64,000 nucleotides of DNA from Isurus oxyrinchus. Its lineage: Eukaryota. The notes under the pieces were generated by a model. That model worked only from the letters and a program-made list of their open reading frames with translations, was not told where the DNA came from and ran no database searches. Position numbers and translations under genes: made by a program. The stretch lies in contig JANJGN010000024.1 of the NCBI GenBank assembly GCA_026770705.1, positions 26,908,001-26,972,000 on the forward strand. The letters run 5' to 3'. This document shows positions 12,401 to 23,341 of the stretch, piece by piece (position 1 is the first letter of the stretch; the number at the start of each line of letters is the position of its first letter).

Positions 12401-15400
12401 TCTGCTTGGCTCTGCCGAGTGCAGTTTGGCTATATATGTCTCGGCCAGTATCTGTTTGACTGTTTGCCTCTGTTTGTCTCTGCCAGGCATTATTTCCCCT
12501 GCTTGGCTCCGCTTGTCTCTGCTGGGCTCTGTTTGGCTCTGTTTGGCTCTGCCAGGCCCAGTGAGGCTATAGTTGGCACTGCCAGTCTGTGGTTGGCACA
12601 CTTTGGCTCTTTCTGGCTCTTTTTGACTCTGCAGTATCTGTTTGCCTCTGTTTAGCTCTATGTGGATCTGTTTTGCTCTGTTTGGCTCTGCCAAGGTCTG
12701 TGACTCTGTTTGGCTATGTTTGATTCTGCCAGGGCCTATTTGGCTCTCTTTGATCTGTTTAGCCCTGCCAGTTTCTGTTTGGCTCGGTTTGGCTCTGCCA
12801 GGCAGTATTTGGCTCTGTTTGAATCTGTTTGACTCTATTTGGCTCCCTTTAGCTCTGTTTGTCTCTGCCTGGCTCTGTTTGTCTCTGTTTTGAGTATGCC
12901 TGGCTTGATATGAGACTTTTTGGTTATGCCACGCACGGTTTTGTTCTACCAGGCTCAGTTTGGCTCTGTTTGTCTCTACAAAGACTGTTGGGCTCTGTTT
13001 GGCTTTGTTTGGCTCTGTTTGTCTCTGCTTGGCTCTATTTGGCACTGATTGGCTCTGTTTCACTCTGTCTGGCACTGCTGGCCTCTGTTTGGAACTGTTT
13101 GGTTCTGTAAGGCTTTTCAAGGTTCTGTTTGGCTCTGTTTGGCTCTGAAAGGCTTTTCAAGGCTCTGTTTGGCTCTGTTTGGATCTGCCAGTATCTGCTT
13201 GGCTCTGTTTCTCATTGTTTGCCTCTGTTTTGCTCTGCCTGGGTCTGTTTGGCTATGTGTGGCTCTGTCTGGCTCTGTTAGGAGTTGCAAGGCACTGTTT
13301 GGCTCTTTTTGGATCTGCCAGGCTCTGTTTGGCTTTGTTTGGCCCTGTTTGGCTCTCCCAGGCTCACTTTGACTATGCATGGCTCTGCCAGGATTTGTTT
13401 GGCTCTGTCGCTGCAAAGACTGTTGGGCTCTGTTTGGCTCAGTTTGGCTCTGTTAGGCTTTGCAAGGCTCTGTTTGGCTCTGCTTGGATCTGCCAGTCTC
13501 TGCTTGGCTCTGTTTCTCTTTGTTTTCCTCTGTTTTGCTCTGCCAGAGTCTGTTTGGCTATGTTAGCTCTGTCTGGCTCTGTTAGGATTTTCAAGGTTCT
13601 GTTTGAATCTGCCAGGCTCTGTCTGGCTCTGTTTGGCACTGATTGGCTCTTTTTCGCTCTGTTAGGCTCTGTTTGGCACTGATGGGCTCTGTTTGGCTCT
13701 GCTTGGCTCTATTTGGCTCTGCCAGGCTCACTTTGGCTATACACAGCTCTGCCAAGATTTGTTTGGCTCTGGTTGCCTATGTTTGGCACTGTTCGGCCCC
13801 TGCCAGGCAGTATTTGGTTCTTTTTGGCACTGCCACATTCTGTTTGGCTTTGTTTGATTCTGTTAGGTTTTGCAAGGCTCTGTTTGGGTCTGCCAGGCTC
13901 TGTTTGGATCTCTTTGGCTATGTTTGGTTCTGTTTGGCTCTGCCAGAATCTTTTTGGCTCTGTTTGGTTCTGTGTGGCTCTGCCAGGCCCTTTCTCGATC
14001 AGCCAACCTCTGTTTCGGTCACTTTCACTCCCTTTAGCTCTGTTTGAATCAGTTTGACTCTATTTCGCTCCCTTTCACTCTGTTTGGAGCTGGCAGGCTC
14101 TGTTTGTCTCTGTTTGAGTATGCCAGGATATGTATGAGACTGTTTGGCTATGCCAGGCTCTGTTTTGTTCTACCAGGCTCAGTTTCGCTCTGTTTGGCTC
14201 TGCCAGGACCTGTTTGGCTCTGTTTGCCTATGTTTGTATCTCTTTGGCTCTGTCAGGCACTATATGTCTCTGTTTTGCTCTGTTTGGCTATGCCGAGTGC
14301 AGTTTGGCTATGTATGGCTCTGCCAGGATCTGTTTGGCTGTTTACCTCTGTTTGTCTCTTCCAAGCATTATTTGGCCCTGCTTGGCACTGTTTGGCTCCG
14401 CTTATCTCTGCTGGGCTCTGTTTGGCTCTGTTAGTCTTTCCCAGGCTCTGTTTGGCTCTGTTAGTCTTTCCCAGGCTCTGTTTGGCTCTGTTGAGCTCTG
14501 CCAGGCCCAGTGAGGCTATAGTTGGCACTGCCAGGCTGTGGTTGGCACACTTTGGCTCTTTTTGGCTATGCCAGGCTCTTGTTGGCTTTTTAGCTCTTTT
14601 TGAATCTGCTCTCCTTGGCTCTGTTTGGCTATGTTTGGCTCCGTTTTGTTCTGTTCAGGTGATTCTTGGCTCTGTTTGTCTCTGCCAGCCTCTGTTAGGC
14701 TCTGTTTGTGTCTTCCAGAAGCTGTTTGGCCCTGATTGGCTCTGTTTGGCTCTGCTTGGCTGCGCCAGGCTCTGTTTGGCTATGCCAGGTTCGGTTTTGC
14801 TCTGCCAAGCTCTCTTTTGCTCTCCCTAGCTCTATCAAGCTCTGTCATGCTCTGCCACACTCTATTTTCCTCTGTTTGGCTCTGCCTTTCTCTGCTTGGC
14901 TCTGTTTGGCACTAATTGGCTCTGTTTCACTCTGTTTGGCTCTGTTTGGCACTGCTGGGCACTGCCAGGATCTGTTTGGCTCTGTTTGGCGCTGTTAGGC
15001 TTTGCCACGCTCTGTTTGGCTCTGCTTGGCTCTGTTTGGCATTGCTTGGATCTGTTTCGCTCTGTCTGGCACTTCTGGGCTCTGTTTGGCTCTGTTTGGC
15101 TTAGTTTGGCTCTGTTAGGTTTTGCAAGGCTCTGTTTGGCTCAGTTTGACTCCATGTGGCTCTCTTCAGCTCCGTCTGGAACCGCCAGGGCCTGTTTGGC
15201 AATATTTGCCTATGTTTGGCTCTGTTTTGCTGTGCCAGGAATTGTTTGGCTCTGTTTGCCTCTGTTTGGCTCTACCGGGCGTGGTTTGGCTATGTATAGC
15301 TCTGCCAGGGTCTCTTCGTCTCTTTGCCTATGTTTGGCTCAGTTTGTCACTGCCAGGCATTATTTGGCTCTGCTTGGCACTGCTTGGCTCTGCCTGGTGC

Positions 15401-18400
15401 TGCTTGGATCTGCCAGTCTCTTTTTGGCTCTGCCAGGTCCAGTGTGGCTCTGGTTAGCTCTGTGAGACCCTGGTTGTCACTGTTTGGCTCTGCCAGGCTC
15501 TGATTGTACATTTCTGTCTCTTCTTGGCTCAGCCAGTCTCTGTTTGGCTCTGTTTGTCTCTGCAAGCTTCTGTTTGCCTCTGCCAGTCTCTGTTTGGCTC
15601 TGCTGGTCGCTGTTTGGCTCTGATCGGCTCTAACTAGGTCTGTTTGAGTCTGTTTGGCCATGTTTGCCTCTGCCAGGGCCTGTTTTGCTCTCTTTGGCTC
15701 TGTTTGCCTCTGGCAGGCTCTGTTTGGCTCTGTTTGGGTCTGCCAGGGATTGTTTTGCTCTCTTTGTCTCTGTTTGCCTCTGGTAGGCTCTGTTTGGCTC
15801 TGTTTGGGTCTGCCAGGGACTATGTGGTCCTGTTCGGCTCTACCATGTTCTATGTGGCTCTGTTTGACTCTCTTTGGCTCTGCCAGGCAGTATTTGGCTC
15901 TGTTTGGCTCTGCCAGCCTCTATTTGGCTCTGTTAGGCTTTCCCAGACTCTGTTTGGCACTGCCAGGCTCTGGCTGGCTCTGTCTAGCTCTTTTTAGCTC
16001 TGTGAGGCTCTGTTTGGCACTGTTGGGATCTGCTTGGCCCTGTTTGGATCTGCCAGGTTCTATTTGGCACTGTTTGGCTCTGTTTTGCTCTGTTCTTCTC
16101 TGTTTAGTTCTGCCAAGCTCTCCTTGGCTCTGTTTGTGGTATGTTCAGGCGCGACTTGGCTCTTTGTTTCTGCCAGCCTCTGTTTGGATCTGTTTGTGTC
16201 TGCCAGAAGCTGTTTGGCTCTGTTTGGCTTTGTTTGGCTCCGTTAGGCTCTACCATGCTCTATGTGGCTCTATCTGGCTCCATTATGCTCTATGTGACTC
16301 TGATTGGCTCTCTTTGGCTCTGCCGGGCTCCACAAAGCTCTCTTGGCTCTGCCAGGCTCTGTTTGGCTATGCCAGGTTCTGGTTTGCTCTGCCAAGCTCT
16401 CTTTGGTTCTCCTTATCTCTATTAGGCTCTGTAAGGCTCTGCCATGCTCTGCTTGCCACTGTTTGGCTCTGTTTTTCTCTGTTTGTCTCTGTTTGTCACT
16501 GCTGGGCTCTATTTGGATCTGTTTGGCTCTGTTTAGCTCTGTTAGTCTTTGCAAGGCTCTGCTTGGCTCTGTTTGGCTCTATTAGGCTTTGCAAGGCTCT
16601 GTTTGGCTCTGTTTGGCTCTGTTAAGGCTGTGCAAGGCTCTGTTTGGCTCTCTTTGGATCTGCCAGTCTCTGCTTGGCTCTCTTTCTCTTTATTTGCCTC
16701 TGTTTTGCTCGGCCAGGGTCTGCTTGCTTATGTTTGGCTCTGTCTAGCTCTGTTAGGAATTGCAAGGTTCTGTTTGGCTCTGTTTGGATCTGCCAGGCTC
16801 TGTTTGTCTCTGTTTGGCACTGATGGGCTCTTTATGGCTCTGTTTAGCTCTGTTTTGGATTTGCCAGTATCTGCTTTGCTCTGTTTCTGCTTGTTTGCCT
16901 CTGTTCTGCTCTGCCAGGGTCTGTTTGGCTATGTTTGGCTCTGTCTGGCTCTGTTTGCCTCTGCCGGGCTTACTTTGACTATGCATGGCTCTGCCAGGAT
17001 CTGTTTGGCTCTGTTTGCTCTGCAAAGACTGTTGGGCTCTGTTTGGCTTTGTTTGCCTCTGTTTTGCTCGACCAGGGTCTGTTTAGCTATGTTTGGCTCT
17101 GTCTGGCTCTGTTAGGATTTGCAGGATCATGTTTGGCTCTGTTTGGATCTGCCAGGCTCTGTTTGGCTCTGTTTGGCTCTGTTTGCCACTGATTGGCCCT
17201 GTTTTGCTCTCTTAAACTCTGTTTGACACTAGTGGGCTCTTTATGGCTCTGTTTGGCTCTGTTTGGATTTGCCAGTCTCTGCTTTGCTCTATTTCTACTT
17301 GTTTGCTTCTGTTTTGCTCTGCCAGGATCTGTTTAGCTATGTTTGGCTCTGTCTGGCTCTGTTTGCCTCTGCCGGGCTTACTTTGACTATGCATGGCTCT
17401 GCCAGGATCTGTTTGGCTCTGTTTGCTCTGCAAAGACTGTTGGGCTCTGTTTGGCTTTGTTTGCCTCTGTTTTGCTCTGCCAGGATCTGTTTGGCTATGT
17501 TTGGCTCTGTCTGGCTCTCTTTGGCTCTGCCAGGCTCACCTTGGCTATACACAACTCTGCCAAAATCTGTTTGGCTCTGTTTGCCTATGTTTGGCACTGT
17601 TTGGCTCTGCTTGGCACTATTTGGTTCTTTTTGGCTCTGCCAAGTTCTGTTTGGCTCTGTTTGGCTTTGTTTGGTTCTGTTAGGCTTTGCAAGGCTCTGT
17701 TTGGCTCTGCCAGGCTCTGTTTGGGTCTCTTTGGTTATGTTTGGCTTTGTTTGGCACTGCCAAGTTCTGTTTGGCTCTGTTTGGCTTTGTTTGGTTCTGT
17801 TAGGCATTGCAAGGCTCTGTTTGGCTCCTTTTCACTCTGCCAGCCTCTGTTTGCATTGTTTTGTCTCCCTTTGGCACTGTTTGGCTCAGTTTGACTCCAT
17901 GCAGCTCTCCGCAGCTCTGTTTGGCTCTGTCTGGCTCTGTTAGGATTTTTAAGGTTCTGTTTGGCTCTGTTTGGATCTGCCAGGCTCTGTTTGGCTCTGT
18001 TTGCCACTGATTGGCTCTTTTTTGCTCTCTTAAGCTCTGTTTGACACTAATGGGCTCTTTATGGCTCTGTTTGGCTCTGTTTGGATTTGCCAGTCTCTGC
18101 TTTGCTCTGTTTCTACTTGTTTGCCTCTGTTTTGCTCTGCCAGGATCTGTTTGGCTATGTTTGACTCTCTCTGGCTCTCTTTGGCTCTGCCAGGCTCACC
18201 TTGGCTATACGCAACTCTGCCAAGATCTGTTTGGCTCTGTTTGCCTATGTTTGGCACTGTTTGGCTCTGCTAGACACTATTTGGTTCTTTTTGGCTCTGC
18301 CAAGTTCTGTTTGGGTCTCTTTGGTTATGTTTGGCTCTGTTTGGCGCTGCCAAGTTCTGTTTGGCTCTGTTTGGCTTTGTTTGGTGCTGTTAGGCATTGC

Positions 18401-21400
18401 AAGGCTCTGTTTGGCTCCTTTTCGCTCTGCCAGCCTCTGTTTGCATTGTTTTGTCTCCCTTTGACACTGTTTGTCTCAGTTTGACTCCATGTGGCTCTCT
18501 GCAGCTCTGTTTGGCTCTGTCTGGCTCTGTTAGGATTTTTAAGGTTCTGTTTGGCTCTGTTTGGATCTGCCAAGCTCTGTTAGGCTCTGTTTGGCTCTGC
18601 TTGGCTCTGTTTGGCACTGATTGGCTCTTTTTGGCTCTATTTGCCTCTGTTTTGCTCTGCCAGGGTCTATTTAGCTATGTTTGGCTCTGTCTGGCTCTGT
18701 TTGCATAGACAAACCACGCCTGGCAGAGCCAAACAGAGCCTAACAATTCTTGACAGAGCAAAACAGAGCCAAACATAGGCAAACATTGCCAAACAGGTCC
18801 TGGCAGCTCCAAACAGAGCTGAAGAGAGCCATATGGAGTCAAACTGAGCCAAATAGTGCCAAAGGGAGACAAAATGATGCAGAGGCTGGCAGAGCCAAAA
18901 AGAGCCAAATAGAGCCTTGCAATGCCTGACAGAACCAAACCAAGCCAATCAGCGCCAAACAGAACCAAACATAACCAAAGAGACCCAAACAGAGCCAAGT
19001 TTGTTTGTCGCTTTGCCTATGTTTGGCTCTGTTTGTCACTGCCAGGCATTATTTGGCTCTGCTTGGCACTCCTTGGCTCTGCCTGATGCTGCTTGGCTCT
19101 GCTGATCTCTTTTTGGCACAGTTTGGCTCTGCTAGGCTCTGATTGTACATTTCTGTCTCTTCTTGGCTCAGCCAGGCTATTTTTGGTTATTTTTGGCTCT
19201 GCAAACAGCTGTTTGGCTCTGTTTGCCTCTGTCAGTCTCTCTTTGGCTCTGTTGGTCACTGTTTGGCTCTGATTGGCTCTGCCAAGGTATATTTGACTCT
19301 GTTTGGCCATGTTTGACTCTGCCAGGGCCTGTTCTGCTCTCTTTGGCTCTGTTTGCCTCTGCCAGGCTCTGTTTGGCTCTGTTTGGGTGTGCCAGGGACT
19401 GATTGGTCCTGTTTGGCTTTCTTTGGCCCTGTTTGGCTCTACCATGTTCTATCTGGCTCTGTTTGGCTCTGTTAGGCTTTCCCAGACTCTATTTGGCTCT
19501 GTCAGTCTTGGTTGGCTCTGTTTGGCTCTTTTTAGCTCTGTGAGGCTCTGTTTGGCACTGTTGGGCTCTGCTTGGCTCTGTTTGGATCTGCCAGGTTCTA
19601 TTTGGTACTGTTTGGCTCTGTTTGGTTCTGTTCGTCTCTGTTTGCTTCTGCTAGGCTCTCCTTGGCTCTGTTTGGCTATGTTTGGCTCCGTTTTGGTCTG
19701 TTCAGGTGCTGCTTGGCTCTGTTTGTCTCTGCCAGCCTGTTTGGCTCTGTTTGTGTCTGCCAGAAGCTGTTTGGCCCTGCCTCTATGTGGCTCTATTTGG
19801 CTCCATTATGCTCTATGTGGCTCTGATTGGCTCTTTTTGGCTCTGCCAGTCTCCACAAGGCTCTTTTGTCTCTGCCAGGCTCTGTTTGGCTTTGTTTGTG
19901 TCTGCCAAATACTGTTTGGCTCTATTTGGCTTTGTTTGACTCTGTTAGGGTTTCCCAGACTCTGTTTGGCTCTGCCAGGCTCTGGTTGGCTCTGTTTGGC
20001 TCTTTTTAGCTCCGTGAGGCTCTGTTTGGCACTGTTGGGCTCTGCTTGGCTCTGTTTGGATCTGTCAGGTTATATTTGGCACTATTTCGCTCTTTTTGGC
20101 TCTGTTCATCTCTGATTGGTTCTGCCAGGCTCTCCTTTGCTCTGTTTGGATCTGTTTGGCTCTGCTGGGCTCTGTTTGGCTCTATGTGGCTCTGTTTAGC
20201 TTTGCAAGGCTCTGTTTTGCTCTGATGGCATCTGCCATGCACTGTTTGGCTCTGTGTGGCTATGTGTGGCTTTGTTTGACTCTGCCAGTGTCTGTTTGTG
20301 TCTGTTTGGCTCTGCATGGCTCTGCCAGGCTCTTTCTGGCTCTGCCAGCCTCTGTTTGGTTCGTTTTGGCTCCCCTTGGCTCTGTTTGACTCTCTTTGGC
20401 TCCCTTAGACTCTGTTTGGCTCTGCCAGGCTCTGTTTGGCTCTGCCAGGCTCAGGTTGGCTATATTTGGCTCTAACATGATCTGTTTGGCTCTGTTTGCC
20501 TGTGATTGGCTGTGTTTTGCTCTGCCATGCACTATTTGGCTCTTCTTAGCTCTGCCGAGCTCTGTTTGGCTCTGTTAGGCTTTCCCAGGCTCTGTTTGGC
20601 TCTGATTGGCTCTGCCAGGACCAGTGTGGCTTTGTTTGGCTCTGCCAGGTTCTGTTGGGCTCTGTTTGGCTCTGTTAGGCTTTCCCAGGCTCTGTTTGGC
20701 TCTGATTGGCTCTGCCAAGACCAGTGTGTCTTTGTTTGGCTCTGCCAGGCTCTGATAGGCTCTGTTTGTCTCTGCTTGACTTGCCAGGATCTGTTTGGCT
20801 CTGTTTTTGTCTGCCAGAAGCTGTTTGGCCCTGTTTGGCTTTGTTTGGCTCTGTTAGGCTCTACCATGCTCTATATGGCTCTGTTTGGGTCCATTATGCT
20901 CTATGTGGCTCTGATTGGCTCTCTTTGGCTCTGCTGGGCTCCACAGGGCTCTCTTGGCTCTGCCAAGTTCTGTTTCGCTCCATTTTTGTCTGCCAAATAC
21001 TGTTTGGCTCTGTTTGGCTTTGTTTGGCTCTGTTAGGCTCTGTTTGGCTATGCCCGGTTCTGTTTGCTCTGCCAAGCTCTCTTTTGCTCTCCTTAACTCT
21101 TTCAGGCTCTGTCATGCTCTGCCATGCCCTGTTAGCCTCTGTTTCGCTCTGTTTTTCTCTGCTTGGCTCTGTTTGGCACTGATTGGCTCTGTTTCACTCT
21201 GTTTGGCTCTGTTTGGCATTGCAAGTCTCTGTTTAGATTTGCCAGGCACTGTTTGGTTATGTTTGGTTCTGTCTGGCTCTGCCAGACTCTGTTTGGCTCT
21301 TTTTGGATTTGTATGTATCTGCCAGGCACTTCCTGGCTATGAATGGCTATGCCAGGATTTGTTTGGCTCTGTTTGCCTATGATTGCCTCTGTTTGGCTCT

Positions 21401-22657
21401 GCTGCACTCTGTTTGGCTCGGTTAGGCTTTCCCAGGCTCTGTTCTACTCTTTGGCTCTGCCAGGCCCAGTGTGGATCTGGTTGGCACTGGCAGGCTGTGG
21501 TTGGCACTGTTTGGCTCTTTCAGACTCTGCCAGGCTCTGGTCAGCTTTGTTTGGCTCTTTTTGGCTCTGCCAGCCTCTGTTTGCCTCTTTGTGGCTCTGT
21601 TTTGCTCTGTTTGTCTCTACCAGGGTCTGTTTGGCTCCGTTTGGCTCTGCCAGATGCTATTTTGCTCTGTTTAGCTCTGCCGACCTCTGTTTGACTCTGT
21701 TAGGTTTTGTAAGGCTTTATTTGCTCTGTTTGGCTCTGCAAGTCTCTGTTTGGCTCTATTTGGCATTGCCAGGCCCTGTTTCATTCTGCCAGGCACTGTG
21801 TGGCTCTGTTTGGCTTTTCCACATTCTGTTTGGATTTGCCAGGGTCAGTTTGGCTATGATTGGCTCTGTTTGGTCTGCCAGAATCTGTTTGGCTCTGTTT
21901 GGCTCTGTGTGGCTCTGCCAGACTCTTTTGAGCTCTGCCAGACTCTGTTTCGGTCACTTTGAATCCCTTTTGCTCTGTTTGTACCTATTTGGCTCAATTT
22001 GGCTCCCTTTAGCTCTGTTTGGAGCTGCCAGGCTCTGTTTGGCTCTGTTTGAGTATGCCAGGTGCTGTATGACACGGTTGGGCTATGCCACCTCTGTTTG
22101 AATCTGCCATGCTCAGTTTGGCTATGTTTGCCTCTGCCAGGATCTGTTGGGCTCTGTTTGCCTATGTTTGGCTCTGTTTGGCTCTGCAAGGCCCAGTGTG
22201 GCTCTGGTTGGCTCTGCCAGGACCTGGTTGGCACTGTCTGGCTCTTTCTGCCTCACTCAGGCTCTGGTTGGATCTGTTTGTCTCTTTTTGGCTCTGACAA
22301 GATCTATTTGGCTCTGTCTCACTCTGTTTGTCTCTGTTTCACTCTTTTTGGCTGTGCCTGGGTCTGCTTGGTTCTGTTTGGCTCTGCCAGGGTTTCTTTG
22401 GATCTGATTTACACTCTTTGGCACTGTTTGGATCTGTTTGCCTATGTTTGGCTCTGTTTGGCTCTGCCAGTCTCTGTTTGGCTATATTGGTCACTCTTTG
22501 GTTCTGTTTGGCTCTGCCAGGGTCGGTTTGGCTATATTGGTCACTCTTTGGTTCTGTTTGGCTCTGCCAGGGTCTGTTTGGCTCTGCCTAGCTCTGTTTG
22601 GCTCTGCCAGGCTCTGTTTGGGTCTGTCAGGCACTATTTGGCTCTGTTTGGCTCTGC
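6404..22657 (-). repeat. Same 10-bp satellite in inverted orientation ((TTTGGCTCTG)n on +), about 16 kb, with higher-order duplications
   Basis: Continuous TTTGGCTCTG/CCAGGCTCTG periodicity and recurring diagnostic variant blocks. Confidence 0.97.
18704..18999 (+). repeat. Local ~0.3-kb inversion inside the satellite
   Basis: Monomers switch to CAGAGCCAAA on + between about 18704 and 18999, then revert. Confidence 0.92.
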
Positions 22658-22698
22658 CCGCTCCTAAACTTCCCCGCAACGGGGGGAAAATTCTGCCC
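22656..22698. mobile_element. Right terminus (TIR) of a PIF/Harbinger-type non-autonomous DNA transposon
   Basis: ...GGGGGGAAAATTCTGCCC matches the right TIRs of other MITEs here (AAAATTTTGGCC 24856, AAAATTCTGGCC 33299, AAAATCCAGCCC 39898). Confidence 0.6.
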
Positions 22699-22767
22699 AT
22701 GGTTCTTTGACTGAAGAACCCCTTTTACCTGATTTCTGCTTTGTTAAAGCAAAATGCATTAAATAAG

Positions 22768-22899
22768 ATAAAAACAAAAAACTGCAGATGCTGGAAATCC
22801 AAAACTAAAACAGAATTACCTGGACTCGAATCAACTCTTTTCTTCTCCGCCGATGCTGCCAGACCTGTTGAGTTTTTCCAGGTAATTCTGTTTTTGTTT
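22768..22899. mobile_element. Short Penelope tail insertion with internal inversion and 13-bp target-site duplication
   Basis: TGCATTAAATAAG at 22755-22767 and 22900-22912 flanks a minus-strand tail piece fused to a plus-strand tail piece. Confidence 0.8.
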
Positions 22900-23292
22900 T
22901 GCATTAAATAAGTATAATTTTAAAAACAAATTACTTCCATGTAAATAAATTATTCAATTTAATGATTTACTGTTACTCTGATTGAATGGATAATGGAATT
23001 GGTCCACAGAAAATAAGTGGTTTCTGTGTGGAAGGTGTGTCTTGAATATTTCAGCCACACTATATGGGCTAGTTACAAAACATCAATACCCCAATGAGAC
23101 GTATGCATTTCCTTCCTCCCTTCATCAAACCGAGTTGATCAAAGTGCATGGTCAGATCTGTCACTTCAAACGCTTAAACTGAAATAAACACAATCTGAAG
23201 AAGAGACACCATTCGTGATACAGGATTTTGTACCAAGGAATTGTGAGTACATAAAATATTTTGAAGATAGAAGAGGACGGAGAATAGAGAAC

Positions 23293-23341
23293 ATGTTACT
23301 GCAGCTGATGATTTTCTTTGTCACATGGATTGGTGTAGAAG
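23293..23341 (+). CDS. Exon 1, signal peptide MLLQLMIFFVTWIGVE(G)
   Basis: ATG in AACATG context, hydrophobic 16-mer, strong phase-1 donor G|GTAAGT, in frame with the V exon. Confidence 0.72.

Noticed and set aside
1-22657. CRISPR-like or prokaryotic repeat system
   Set aside because: No repeat-spacer alternation or cas genes, and the context is vertebrate with spliceosomal introns.
6404-22657. Massive NFI binding array (TTGGC repeats)
   Set aside because: Only half-sites; the palindromic TGGC-N3-GCCA spacing does not match TTGGC-N5-GCCAA.
235-22710. Hundreds of long ORFs (CLALFGSVWL and QSQTEPNRAK repeats, up to 423 aa)
   Set aside because: They are translations of a stop-poor 10-bp repeat, occur in all frames on both strands, and flip with array orientation. 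No splice or gene structure. Only the ERV ORFs at 4.6-6.3 kb are real remnants.
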